Assembly (NCBI GenBank): GCA_963789855.1
Contig: CAWBMM010000008.1
Span: forward strand, 14,005 to 78,004
Direction: 5' to 3'
Source of the DNA: an uncultured Actinomycetota bacterium
GTDB lineage: Bacteria > Actinomycetota > Actinomycetes > JACCUZ01
DNA length: 64,000 bases
The notes below the pieces were generated by a model that was not told the DNA's origin, did no database searches, and saw only the letters and a program-made list of their open reading frames with translations. How positions within the stretch are numbered: position 1 is the first letter of the stretch; each line of letters begins with the position of its first letter. This document shows positions 48,499-58,578 of this stretch, in pieces. Made by a program: the position numbers and the translations under genes.

Positions 48499-49908
48499 GT
48501 GGGAGGGCGCGTCGACGTGGTCCAGGTGACCGACGCGCGGCCTGCCGCGTACCCCGACCAGGTCAGTCGGTCGCCCTGGATCGCCCAGCTGGCCCCCGAC
48601 GGACCGCCCCGCCCGCTCGAGGGGGACGCGAGCACCGACGTCGCGATCGTCGGCGCGGGCATCGCCGGTGTCGCAACCGCGTTCTTCACCCTCCGCGGCA
48701 CCACCCAGCGGGTGCTGCTGGTCGAGCGGGACCGCGTCGGGCGCGGCGCGACCGGGCGCAACGCCGGGCAGCTCACGACCTACTTCGAGCGGCCGCTGCA
48801 CGACATCGCCGACGAGTTCGGGCTCGAGCTGGCCATCGACGGCCAGCGGGCCTTCGACGATGCGCACGACCTGCTCGACCTGATGGCCGCCGAGGCCGGG
48901 GCCACCGTCCGGGTCGAGCGGTTCACCGGCCACATGGGCATGTTCAGCCTCAACCACCTGCAGGTGCATCTGCGCAACAACCTGTTCCGCCGGCAGGGCG
49001 GGCTGCGCACCGAGACCTGCGTGGTGTCGGAGGACGCGGAGTTCCTGCCCGAGATCCCGGATGAGTTCGCCGACCTGTACACGGTCGTGCCGCAGGCTCG
49101 GGTGCGCGAGCTGCTCGAGGTGCCGGACGACCGGTACCGCGCGGTGCTGTCGGACCGCAAGGGCTGCGCCAACAGCGGCGCGTTGGTGCAGCAGGTGCTG
49201 GCCTACCTCGAGCGGAGGTACCCGGACCGGCTGCGCTTCGTCGACCACACGCACGTGGACCGTGTCGTCGTCGGTGCGGACGGCGCCGTCGTGCATGCCC
49301 GAGGCCATCTGGTGTCCGCTGCTCGGGTGGTGCTGTGCACCAACGGCTTCGTCGACCACGTCATCGAGGACGAGATGGGGGAGCGCATCGAGCTGGCGCC
49401 AGAGCAGCGGGTCGTCGGCACGGTCGGCTACATGACGGCGTTCGTCGAGGAGGCGCCGCGCACACCGGCGGCGATGAGCTACCTCCGCAACACCACCATC
49501 GGTGGCGACACGCCGTACGTCTACGTCACCCGCCGCACCTACGACCGCCCGGATGACACCGTCACGTTGACCTGCATGGGTGGGCCCGAGCACCCGATGG
49601 AGGGCGACCGCTACGACCCGTCGGCGCCTTTCCCCGGCTCGGTCCTGACCGGCATGGACGACCAGATCCGCCCGTTCGCCCAGCCCGCTCGACCGCCCGG
49701 CCAGCCGTACGACTTCCAGTGGCACGGCCTGATGGGCTACCTGGGCGGTGGCGTCCGGGTGATCGGCGCTCATCCCCGGCACCCGGTGCTGCTCTACAAC
49801 CTGGGCTGCAACGGCGTCGGCTTCCTGCCCTCGATCCACGGCGGCCGGCAGGTCAGTCGGCTGCTCGCCGGCGAGCAGCTGCCTGCCAGCATCTTCGACC
49901 CTCGCTGA
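48499..49908 (+). CDS. FAD-dependent oxidoreductase (DAO family)
   Basis: Dinucleotide-binding motif DVAIVGAGIAGVATAF...VERDRVGRGATGRNAG. 469 aa. The start is uncertain. Confidence 0.8.
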   Translation: MGGRVDVVQVTDARPAAYPDQVSRSPWIAQLAPDGPPRPLEGDASTDVAIVGAGIAGVATAFFTLRGTTQRVLLVERDRVGRGATGRNAGQLTTYFERPLHDIADEFGLELAIDGQRAFDDAHDLLDLMAAEAGATVRVERFTGHMGMFSLNHLQVHLRNNLFRRQGGLRTETCVVSEDAEFLPEIPDEFADLYTVVPQARVRELLEVPDDRYRAVLSDRKGCANSGALVQQVLAYLERRYPDRLRFVDHTHVDRVVVGADGAVVHARGHLVSAARVVLCTNGFVDHVIEDEMGERIELAPEQRVVGTVGYMTAFVEEAPRTPAAMSYLRNTTIGGDTPYVYVTRRTYDRPDDTVTLTCMGGPEHPMEGDRYDPSAPFPGSVLTGMDDQIRPFAQPARPPGQPYDFQWHGLMGYLGGGVRVIGAHPRHPVLLYNLGCNGVGFLPSIHGGRQVSRLLAGEQLPASIFDPR

Positions 49909-49957
49909 CGCCCTGGTCGGCGGCGTCGGCTCGCCGCTGACCTACGCTTGCGGGGTG

Positions 49958-50776
49958 ATGCGCTTCGTCAAAGGCCACGGCACCGAGAACGACTTCGTGC
50001 TGCTGCCGGACGCCGACGGTGAGCTCGTCCTGACCGACGACCTCGTGCGGCGGCTCTGCGACCGGCGGGCCGGCATCGGCGGTGACGGGGTCCTGCGGGT
50101 GGTGCGCACCGACGCCGACGCCGAGGCGCGGGCGCTCGCCGGCGCCGCGGACACCCGCTGGTTCATGGACTACCGCAACGCCGACGGGTCGCCGGCCGAG
50201 ATGTGCGGCAACGGGATCCGGGTGTTCGCCCGTTACCTGGTCGACGAGGGCCTGGAGCCCGCGGGAGACCTGGCGATCCTCACCCGGGACGGCGTGAAGA
50301 CCGTGCGGCTCGGCGCCGAGGGCGACGTGTCCGTGGACATGGGTCCGGCCACCATGCCCGGCACCGACCGCAAGGTCGTCGTGGGCGACCGGGCCTGGCC
50401 GGCGGTCGAGGTCGAGACCGGCAACCCGCACGCGGTCGTCTTCGTCGACGACCTGTCCGAGGCCGGCGACCTGCGGTCCGCGCCGGTGGTCGAGCCGCCG
50501 TTCCCCGGCGGCGTCAACGTCGAGTTCGTCGTCCGCCGCGGCGACCGGCACGTCGCGATGCGGGTGCACGAGCGCGGTGTCGGCGAGACCCGCTCGTGCG
50601 GCACCGGGGCGTGCGCGGTGATGGTCGCCAGTGCGGTGCGGGACGGCGCGGCGCCCGGGTCGACGTACGCCGTCGACGTGCCGGGCGGCCGCCTGACCGT
50701 GACCGAGCGGCCGGACGGGCACCTCGAGCTCACCGGGCCGGCCGTGCTGGTCGCCCGCGGCGAGGTCGACGGGTGA
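49958..50776 (+). CDS. dapF: Diaminopimelate epimerase
   Basis: MRFVKGHGTENDFVLLPD, with the catalytic Cys contexts EMCGNGIR and ETRSCGTGA. Confidence 0.92.
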   Translation: MRFVKGHGTENDFVLLPDADGELVLTDDLVRRLCDRRAGIGGDGVLRVVRTDADAEARALAGAADTRWFMDYRNADGSPAEMCGNGIRVFARYLVDEGLEPAGDLAILTRDGVKTVRLGAEGDVSVDMGPATMPGTDRKVVVGDRAWPAVEVETGNPHAVVFVDDLSEAGDLRSAPVVEPPFPGGVNVEFVVRRGDRHVAMRVHERGVGETRSCGTGACAVMVASAVRDGAAPGSTYAVDVPGGRLTVTERPDGHLELTGPAVLVARGEVDG

Positions 50777-51519
50777 CCGACGCGTCGCAGCCCACGGCGG
50801 CCGCTCTCGAAGCGCTTCGTCGGAACTCGGACCTCGCGCGTGCCGAGGTGTCGCACGGCCAGCAGCTGGCCGCCGACAACCTCCTGCAGAAGGCCGCCGA
50901 CGCTCTGGTCCGCGGCGACCACGAGGGCGCCCGGCGGATGGTGCGGCGGGCGCAGGCTCTCGGCCACGACGAGCACGAGGACGTCGATGTCTGCTCCTGG
51001 AGCGTGCACATGACGCTGTTCACCCTCGTCACCGACGTTCTCGACGACAGCGCCGACGAGTGGGTCTGGCTGGACGCCGCGGCCGCAGTGCTCCCCACGG
51101 CCGGCGAGGTCGGCCGGGCCGAGCTGCTCGACGTCCTGCTCACGATCCGGGAGGACTACGACCTGGACTTCGCCGCATCCACCCGGCTGCGCCGGCTGAC
51201 CAGGGACGCCGACCGCCGGCAGCGGATCACCGATGGCCGGGTGCTCGACGTGGCAGCGGTGCTGGACGTCCTCGCGACCATCACCGCGTACGAGGCGGCC
51301 GTCGATGCGCTGGAGGGCGAACGGGTCATGACCGACGGCCGGTCGCTCGCGGTCGCGGCGAAACCGGTGGTCACCGGGCTCGGCGGGGCGTTCATGATCC
51401 GAGCTCGCCGGGGCAGCCCGAGCGGCCTGAGCCTGCCGGACCAGCGGAAGGCCCTGCACCCGCCGGTTGTTAACCAGGGGACGGACCACCCGGGTCCGTG
51501 CCACCCTGGAGCACGATGA
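50773..51519 (+). CDS. Hypothetical protein wedged between dapF and hflX
   Basis: GTG 50773 overlaps the dapF stop (GTGA), and the stop 51517-51519 overlaps the hflX ATG (ATGA). 248 aa, high GC3, predicted helical, with no domain I recognise. Confidence 0.5.
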   Translation: MTDASQPTAAALEALRRNSDLARAEVSHGQQLAADNLLQKAADALVRGDHEGARRMVRRAQALGHDEHEDVDVCSWSVHMTLFTLVTDVLDDSADEWVWLDAAAAVLPTAGEVGRAELLDVLLTIREDYDLDFAASTRLRRLTRDADRRQRITDGRVLDVAAVLDVLATITAYEAAVDALEGERVMTDGRSLAVAAKPVVTGLGGAFMIRARRGSPSGLSLPDQRKALHPPVVNQGTDHPGPCHPGAR

Positions 51520-52955
51520 CTTCTGCCTTTGACGAGCCCACGCCCCGCTACGACCTCGACCCGCGCGACCACGACGGCGAGCAGTACGACCTGGAGGACC
51601 GCCAGGCCCTGCGCCGCGTCGCCGGCCTGTCGACCGAGCTCGAGGACGTCACCGAGGTCGAGTACCGCCAGCTGCGGCTGGAGCGCGTCGTGCTCGTCGG
51701 TGTCTGGACCGAGGGCTCGTCGCGGGACGCCGAGAACTCCCTCGCCGAGCTGGCCGCGCTCGCCGAGACGGCCGGCTCCCTGGTGCTCGAGGCGCTGATC
51801 CAGCGTCGCGACAAGCCCGACGCCGCGACCTTCATCGGCTCCGGCAAGGCCCGCGAGCTGCGCGACATCGTGGTCGCGACCGGCGCCGACACCGTGATCT
51901 CCGACGGCGAGCTGACGCCCGGCCAGCTCAGCCAGCTCGAGTACGTGGTCAAGGTCAAGGTGATCGACCGCACCGCGCTGATCCTGGACATCTTCGCCCA
52001 GCACGCCAGCAGCCGGGAGGGCAAGGCGCAGGTGTCGCTGGCCCAGATGGAGTACATGCTGCCGAGGCTGCGCGGCTGGGGCGAGTCGATGTCCCGGCAG
52101 GCCGGCGGCGCCGGCGGGTCGGCGTCCGGCGGGGTGGGCACCCGCGGTCCCGGCGAGACGAAGATCGAGACCGACCGGCGGCGCATCCGCACCCGGATGG
52201 CCAAGCTGCGCCGCGAGATCGCCGGCATGAAGACGGCCCGGGACACCAAGCGGCAGGAGCGCCGCCGCCACGAGGTCCCGTCGGTGGCCATCGCCGGCTA
52301 CACCAACGCCGGCAAGTCCTCGCTGCTCAACCGGCTCACCGGCGCCGGCGTGCTCGTCGAGAACGCGCTGTTCGCCACCCTCGACCCGACGGTCCGCCGG
52401 GCCCAGACCGCCGACGGCCGCGACTACACGCTCACCGACACCGTCGGGTTCGTGCGGCACCTGCCGCACCAGCTGGTCGAGGCGTTCCGCTCGACGCTGG
52501 AGGAGGTCGCCGACGCCGACCTGATCCTGCACGTCGTCGACGGGTCGGACGCCGACCCCGAGTCCCAGCTGGCCGCCGTGCGCTCGGTGCTCGCCGACGT
52601 CGATGCCCAGGACGTGCCCGAGCTGGTCGTCATCAACAAGGCCGACCTCGCCGACCCGCTGGTCGTCGACCGGCTCCGCCGCCGGGAGAAGCACACGGTG
52701 GTGGTCTCCGCCCGCACCGGCCTCGGGATCGACGAGCTGGCGCAGCTGATCGCCCGCGAGCTGCCGCGGCCGTCGGTCGCGGTGGACGTCCTGCTGCCCT
52801 ACGACCGCGGGGACCTGGTGTCGCGGGTGCACGACGAGGGCGAGCTGCTCGAGCAGGACCACGTCGCCGAGGGCACCCGGGTGCGGGCACTGGTCGGACC
52901 GGCGCTGGCGGCCGAGCTGGCGCCGTACGCCGCGAGCCCGGCCACCGCTGGCTGA
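51516..52955 (+). CDS. hflX: GTPase HflX
   Basis: The HflX N-domain is GSGKARELRDIV...DGELTPGQLSQLE and the glycine-rich segment is GTRGPGETKIETDRR. The G1 motif is GYTNAGKSSL, G3 is DTVGF and G4 is NKAD. Confidence 0.92.
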   Translation: MTSAFDEPTPRYDLDPRDHDGEQYDLEDRQALRRVAGLSTELEDVTEVEYRQLRLERVVLVGVWTEGSSRDAENSLAELAALAETAGSLVLEALIQRRDKPDAATFIGSGKARELRDIVVATGADTVISDGELTPGQLSQLEYVVKVKVIDRTALILDIFAQHASSREGKAQVSLAQMEYMLPRLRGWGESMSRQAGGAGGSASGGVGTRGPGETKIETDRRRIRTRMAKLRREIAGMKTARDTKRQERRRHEVPSVAIAGYTNAGKSSLLNRLTGAGVLVENALFATLDPTVRRAQTADGRDYTLTDTVGFVRHLPHQLVEAFRSTLEEVADADLILHVVDGSDADPESQLAAVRSVLADVDAQDVPELVVINKADLADPLVVDRLRRREKHTVVVSARTGLGIDELAQLIARELPRPSVAVDVLLPYDRGDLVSRVHDEGELLEQDHVAEGTRVRALVGPALAAELAPYAASPATAG

Positions 52956-53025
52956 CGCTGCGGCGTCCGGGCGTGTCGTCCACAGGGCGTACGCCGGGGC
53001 AGCGGAGCCCGACTAACCTCGGTCG

Positions 53026-54963
53026 GTGACCGCCGACGCCGACGTGCCCGCCGAGGTCCCGCAGCCGGGCGTGCGCGAGCTGCTCGCGGCGGCGGTGGCC
53101 GGGGTCGGCGGCACCGAGCGGCCGGGCCAGGTGCAGATGGCCGAGGCCGTCGAGGCCGCCATGTCCGAGGGCAGTCACCTGCTGGTCCAGGCCGGCACGG
53201 GCACCGGCAAGTCGCTGGCCTACCTGGTTCCGGCGCTCCTGCACGGCGACACCGTGGTGGTCGCCACCGCGACGATCGCGCTGCAGAACCAGGTCGTCGA
53301 CCGTGACCTTCCGGCGCTGGTCGACGCCGTCGAGCCGCTGCTGGGCCGGCGTCCGACGTACGCGATCCTCAAGGGGCGCTCCAACTACCTCTGCCGCAAC
53401 AAGGTGTACGGCGGGATGCCGGACGACGAGGGCGACGCGCTGTTCGACCCGTCGCCGACCACTGCGCTGGGCCGCGACGTGGTGCGGCTGCGCGGCTGGG
53501 CCGACGAGACCGAGACCGGCGACCGCGACGAGCTCGACCCGGGGGTCGCCGACCGGGCCTGGCGGCAGGTCAGTGTCACCGCGCGGGAGTGCCTCGGCGC
53601 CGCCAAGTGCCCCTACGGCGAGGAGTGCTTCGCCGAGCTGGCCCGCAACCGGGCCGCCGAGGTCGAGATCGTGGTCACCAACCATGCGCTGCTCGCGATC
53701 GACGCGCTGGAGAGCTTCGCGGTGCTGCCGGAGCACGACGCGGTGGTGGTCGACGAGGCGCACGAGCTGGTCGACCGGGTCACCGGGGTGGCCACCGACG
53801 AGCTGACGGCGCCGATGGTCGAGCGCGCCGCCGCCCGGGCCCGTCGCCTCGTCGACGGCACCGAGGACCTCGCTGACGCCGGTGTCGCCCTGGAGGCGGC
53901 GCTCGCCGCCCTGCCGGAGGGCCGCATCGTCGAGCTGCCCGAACAGCTGGCGACCGCGATGGCCCTGGTGCGCGACGCCGCCCGCGACGTGATCAGTGAG
54001 ATCGGCCGCGCCAAGCACGCCGACGACGGGGCGCGCAAGGTAGCCGTGGCGATGGTCGACGCGGTGCACGAGACGGCCGAGCGGGTGGCGGCCCACTCGC
54101 CGTACGACGTCAGCTGGATCTCGCACGACCAGCGCCGCGGCTCGGTGCTCAAGGTGGCGCCGCTGTCGGTCAACGGGCTGCTCCGCGAGGCGCTGTTCGG
54201 CAACCGGGCGGTGGTGCTGACCAGCGCCACCCTGGAGCTCGGCGGCTCGTTCGAGCCGGTGGCCCGGCTGGTCGGGCTGACCGGCGACGACGCGCCGGAG
54301 TGGGCCGGGCTGGACGTCGGCTCGCCGTTCGACTACCCGAGCCAGGGGATCCTGTACGTCGCCCGGCGGCTGCCCCCGCCGGGCAGGGACGGCGCGTCGC
54401 CGCAGGCGATGGACGAGCTGGCGGCGCTGGTCGAGGCCGCCGGCGGGCGCACCCTCGGGCTGTTCTCCTCGATGCGGGCCGCCGAGGCGGCGGCCGCGGA
54501 GATGCGCGAGCGCCTCGACGTGCCGGTGCTGTGCCAGGGCGAGGAGCGCACCGCCGCGCTGGTGGCGGCGTTCGCGGCCGACGGGCCGACCTGTCTGTTC
54601 GGCACCCTGTCGCTCTGGCAGGGCGTCGACGTGCCGGGCGACGCCTGCCGACTGGTGGTGATCGACCGCATCCCGTTCCCGCGGCCCGACGACCCGTTGA
54701 TGTCGGCCCGGGCCCAGGCGGTGGCCGACGCCGGCGGCAACGGCTTCATGACGGTGTCGGCGTCGCACGCCGCGCTGCGGCTGGCCCAGGGCGCCGGTCG
54801 CCTGATCCGCGGCACGGAGGACCGGGGCGTCGTCGCGGTGCTCGACTCGCGGCTGGCCACGGCGCGGTACGCCGGCTTCCTGCGCACCTCGCTGCCGCCG
54901 TTCTGGTTCACGACCGACCACGAGGTGGCGGTGGGCGCGCTCCGGCGGCTGGACGCGCGGTGA
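53026..54963 (+). CDS. dinG: ATP-dependent DNA helicase DinG/Rad3-like
   Basis: Walker A VQAGTGTGKSLAYL, DEAH box VVDEAHEL, and the C-terminal motifs SATL and FWQGVDVPG-like (LWQGVDVPGD). The GTG start at 53026 lies 6 nt after TAACCT. Confidence 0.85.
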   Translation: MTADADVPAEVPQPGVRELLAAAVAGVGGTERPGQVQMAEAVEAAMSEGSHLLVQAGTGTGKSLAYLVPALLHGDTVVVATATIALQNQVVDRDLPALVDAVEPLLGRRPTYAILKGRSNYLCRNKVYGGMPDDEGDALFDPSPTTALGRDVVRLRGWADETETGDRDELDPGVADRAWRQVSVTARECLGAAKCPYGEECFAELARNRAAEVEIVVTNHALLAIDALESFAVLPEHDAVVVDEAHELVDRVTGVATDELTAPMVERAAARARRLVDGTEDLADAGVALEAALAALPEGRIVELPEQLATAMALVRDAARDVISEIGRAKHADDGARKVAVAMVDAVHETAERVAAHSPYDVSWISHDQRRGSVLKVAPLSVNGLLREALFGNRAVVLTSATLELGGSFEPVARLVGLTGDDAPEWAGLDVGSPFDYPSQGILYVARRLPPPGRDGASPQAMDELAALVEAAGGRTLGLFSSMRAAEAAAAEMRERLDVPVLCQGEERTAALVAAFAADGPTCLFGTLSLWQGVDVPGDACRLVVIDRIPFPRPDDPLMSARAQAVADAGGNGFMTVSASHAALRLAQGAGRLIRGTEDRGVVAVLDSRLATARYAGFLRTSLPPFWFTTDHEVAVGALRRLDAR

Positions 54964-55230
54964 CCGCTCGGTGGTGTCCGGACCACAGCCGAGTGGTGGC
55001 CACCAGGGGTCGACGAGCCGTCTCGAGCCCCGGTGGTCACCACTCGATCTCGGGGAAGCGAACAGATGGTCTCGGGCCGGCAAAGAAGGCATGACATAAC
55101 GGTTGTTGCCAGCACAAGTGTGGACGTCGTGCGACCTGTGACGTAGGTTCGCCGCACTCGACGCGGCGCCGGCTCACCCGGCCGGGCGCTGCCCGTCGTC
55201 ACTCTCGCGGTCACGAACTGGAGATCCTGC

Positions 55231-58200
55231 ATGCGCGCACGGCTGAGCCTGATCGGTGGAGCCGGGGCACTCGCCCTGGTGGCGGGGCTGGTGGGGGCCG
55301 TGCCGGCCGCGGTTGCCGCCGAGCCGACGACGCCGTTCATCTCCGAGATTCACTACGACAACAACGGCTCCGACACCGGTGAGTTCGTCGAGGTGCAGAT
55401 CCCTGCCGGCTCGAGCAGCGCCGGCCTGTCGGTGGTGCTCTACAACGGCGGCGTGGCTCGACCGGCGGCGACGGTCTACGACACCGACGCGGTGCCGGTG
55501 GTGACGGCTCCGGCCGACAGCCCGGCAGTCGCCGTGATCGACTACCCGGTCGACGGGATCCAGAACGGCTCTCCGGACGGCATCGCCCTGGTCGGAGCGG
55601 CGGGCGTGATCGAGTTCCTGTCCTACGAGGGCACCTTCACGGCCTCCAACGGTCCCGCGTCCGGCATGTCGAGCGCCGACATCGGCGTCGCCGAGACCGG
55701 CACGGGTGCCGTCGGGCTGAGCTTGAGCAAGACGAGGGACGCGGGCGGCACGTACGTCTGGAACGGGCCGGCCGCGAACACCAGGGGAGCGCTGAACTCG
55801 CCGCTGACCCCGCCCGGGGACCAGGCACCGACGGTGACCTCGACGACGCCGGTCGACGGCGCGACGAGCGTGTCGACCTCCGCGAACCTCGCGGTCACCT
55901 TCTCCGAGCCGGTGACCCTCAGTGACGCGCTCGGCCTGACCTGCGGCGGCACCGCGGCGCCCTTCGTCCAGGGCGGCTCGGGCGCGTCGTACACCCTCGA
56001 CCCGACCACCGACCTGCCGGCCGACACCTCGTGCACCCTCACCGTCACGGCGACCGGGGTTGCCGACACTGACACGAACGACCCGCCGGACAAGCTGGCC
56101 GCCGACGCGGTGGTCTCCTTCCACACCGCAGCGGCGGTCGTGCCGGGCTGCGGCACGGCGTACACGGCGGCGCACGCGATCCAGGGCACGGGCGACGTCT
56201 CTCCGCTGGCCGGCAGCACGGTCGCCACCGAGGGCGTCGTGGTCGGCGACTACGAAGGCCCCTCGCCCGCACTACGCGGGTTCTACCTGCAGGACACCGC
56301 GCCCGACGCCGACGACGCCACCTCGGAGGCGATCTTCGTCTTCGAGCCCACGAACTCCGACGCGGTGAGCCTCGGCGACCGGGTCCGGGTCACCGGCACG
56401 GTCAGCGAGAACCAGGGCCAGACCCAGGTCACCGTGGCGACAGGGACGACGCCCGAGAAGTGCAGCACCGGCAACACGGTCATGCCCGTCTCGGTGACCC
56501 TGCCCTTCGCGACCGCCGACTTCCCCGAGCGCTACGAGGGGATGCTCGTCCGGATGCCGCAGACGCTGTCGGTGACCGAGCACTTCCAGCTCGGCCGCTT
56601 CGGTCAGGTGGTGGTGTCCTCCGGCGGCAAGCTGCCGCAGCCGACCAGCATCGTCGCGCCCGGCGCACCGGCCATCGCCCAGCAGACCGCGAACGACCTC
56701 AACCGGCTGATCGTCGACGACGCCAGCCAGGCGCAGAACCCCGACCCGATCCTGTTCGGCCGTGGCGGGCAGCCGCTGTCGGCCACCAACACGCTCCGCG
56801 GCGGTGACACCGCCACCGACATGGTCGGCGTCCTCACCTACACGTGGGCGGGCAACGCCGCCAGCGGCAACGCCTACCGGCTGCGGCCGATCAACGCCCT
56901 CGGTGGCGGGGCTCCGGACTTCCAGGCCGCCAACCCCCGGCCGGCCGCGTCGCCGGCCAGGGCAGCCGGCACCGACGTACGGGTCGCGGGGATGAACCTG
57001 CTCAACTTCTTCAACACGTTCTCCGGCTGCACCAACGGTGCAGGCGGTGCGGCGACCGACTGCCGGGGTGCCAACAACCAGGCCGAGTTCGACCGGCAGT
57101 GGGTCAAGACGGTCGCCGCTGTCGGCGGCACCAGGGCCGACGTCATCGGCATCAACGAGATCGAGAACGACGGATACGGCCCGACCAGCGCCATCCAGTT
57201 CCTGGTCGACAAGCTCAACGCGGCCACCGCACCGGGCACCTACGCGTTCGTCGACGTTGACGCCGAGACAGGGCAGGTCAACGCGGCCGGCACCGACGCG
57301 ATCAAGGTGGGCGTGCTCTACAAGCCCGCAGTCGTGACGCCGGTGGGCAACACGGCGGTGCTGAACTCGACCGCCTTCGTCAACGGCGGCGACGGCGCGC
57401 CGCGCAACCGCGCATCGGTGGCGCAGGCCTTCGAGGACGCGGCCGGCTCGCGCTTCGTGGTCGACGTCAACCACCTGAAGAGCAAGGGCAGCGCCTGCGA
57501 CGCCCCCGACACCGGCGACGGCCAGGCCAACTGCGCCGGGGTGCGAACCAAGGCCGCCACCGCGCTCGCGGCCTGGCTGGACGGCGACCCGACGGGGGCC
57601 GGCGACGCCGACGTCCTGATGGTCGGCGACTACAACTCCTACGCGATGGAGGACCCGGTCAGGACCTTGGAGAACGCGGGCTACACCAACCTGATCCGCT
57701 CGAGGATCGGCGCGGACGCCTACTCCTACGTCTTCGACGGACAGTGGGGCTACCTCGACTACGCCTTCGGCAGCGCGTCGATCCAGCCGCAGGTCGCGGC
57801 CGTGCACGAGTGGCACATCAACTCCGACGAGCCGGCGGTCCTCGACTACAACACCGAGTTCAAGACCGCCGGCCAGGTGGCCTCGCTCTACGCACCGGAC
57901 GAGTTCCGGATCTCCGACCACGACCCGGTCATCGTGGACCTCGCCCTGACACCGCCGCCGGAGTCGTCGACCACGACGCTGACGGTCACGCCGACCTCGC
58001 AGGTCTACGGCACGCAGTCCCCGGCGACCTGGAGCGCCACCGTCGCGCTCAGTCGAGACGGCGACGCCGTCGGCCAGGTGCAGGTGCTCGACGACGGTGA
58101 CGTCATCGCCTCGGCGGAGGTCGTCGACGGCGTGGCCACCGGGCCGGTGCCGGCGTTCCTCGCCGCGGGGGTCCACCAGCTGACCGCGAAGTTCGTGCCG

Positions 58201-58563
58201 GACGACCCTGCCCACAGCACCGGGTCCACCTCCAAGGTGACGGCATTCACCGTCGGCCCGGCGCAGTCCACGACGGACCTCTCGACCACGGTCGGGAAGG
58301 TCAAGACCCAGGGTGGCCCGGCGGAGTTCCTGCTCGACATGACGGCGACGGTGCGCCTCGAGACCGGTCGGGCCTCCGTCGGCACCGTCGTGTTCTCCGT
58401 CGACGGACGACCGATGGCAGATGCCCCCGTCGTCGACGGCGTCGCTCGCGCCACCGTCTCGGCAGCCAAGGGCACCCACGAGGTCCTGGCCACCTTCCGA
58501 CCCGCGGACCCAGCCAACATCGTCGGGTCCGACAGCGCGGTCCAGACGGTCCGGGTCAGGTAG
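55231..58563 (+). CDS. Large secreted nuclease, ExeM/NucH-like (lamin-tail domain + Ig-like + OB-like + EEP nuclease + C-terminal Ig-like repeats)
   Basis: A signal peptide is followed by an LTD-like N-terminus (FISEIHYDNNGSDTGEFVEVQ). Next come the segments HAIQGTGDVSPLAGSTVATEGVVVGDY...RGFYLQD and TLSVTEHFQLGRFGQ. The EEP-type part is VRVAGMNLLNFFN...IGINEIEND...DHDPVIVDL. 1110 aa, intact. Confidence 0.75.
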   Translation: MRARLSLIGGAGALALVAGLVGAVPAAVAAEPTTPFISEIHYDNNGSDTGEFVEVQIPAGSSSAGLSVVLYNGGVARPAATVYDTDAVPVVTAPADSPAVAVIDYPVDGIQNGSPDGIALVGAAGVIEFLSYEGTFTASNGPASGMSSADIGVAETGTGAVGLSLSKTRDAGGTYVWNGPAANTRGALNSPLTPPGDQAPTVTSTTPVDGATSVSTSANLAVTFSEPVTLSDALGLTCGGTAAPFVQGGSGASYTLDPTTDLPADTSCTLTVTATGVADTDTNDPPDKLAADAVVSFHTAAAVVPGCGTAYTAAHAIQGTGDVSPLAGSTVATEGVVVGDYEGPSPALRGFYLQDTAPDADDATSEAIFVFEPTNSDAVSLGDRVRVTGTVSENQGQTQVTVATGTTPEKCSTGNTVMPVSVTLPFATADFPERYEGMLVRMPQTLSVTEHFQLGRFGQVVVSSGGKLPQPTSIVAPGAPAIAQQTANDLNRLIVDDASQAQNPDPILFGRGGQPLSATNTLRGGDTATDMVGVLTYTWAGNAASGNAYRLRPINALGGGAPDFQAANPRPAASPARAAGTDVRVAGMNLLNFFNTFSGCTNGAGGAATDCRGANNQAEFDRQWVKTVAAVGGTRADVIGINEIENDGYGPTSAIQFLVDKLNAATAPGTYAFVDVDAETGQVNAAGTDAIKVGVLYKPAVVTPVGNTAVLNSTAFVNGGDGAPRNRASVAQAFEDAAGSRFVVDVNHLKSKGSACDAPDTGDGQANCAGVRTKAATALAAWLDGDPTGAGDADVLMVGDYNSYAMEDPVRTLENAGYTNLIRSRIGADAYSYVFDGQWGYLDYAFGSASIQPQVAAVHEWHINSDEPAVLDYNTEFKTAGQVASLYAPDEFRISDHDPVIVDLALTPPPESSTTTLTVTPTSQVYGTQSPATWSATVALSRDGDAVGQVQVLDDGDVIASAEVVDGVATGPVPAFLAAGVHQLTAKFVPDDPAHSTGSTSKVTAFTVGPAQSTTDLSTTVGKVKTQGGPAEFLLDMTATVRLETGRASVGTVVFSVDGRPMADAPVVDGVARATVSAAKGTHEVLATFRPADPANIVGSDSAVQTVRVR

Positions 58564-58578
58564 CCGCCCGGCCGCGCC

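Noticed and set aside
52974-52995. RecA-NDp-type motif upstream of dinG (TGTCGTCC-N8-TACGCC)
   Set aside because: The -10 part lacks the invariant final T, and the motif lies 30 nt upstream of the better-placed TAACCT. It is too weak to call.
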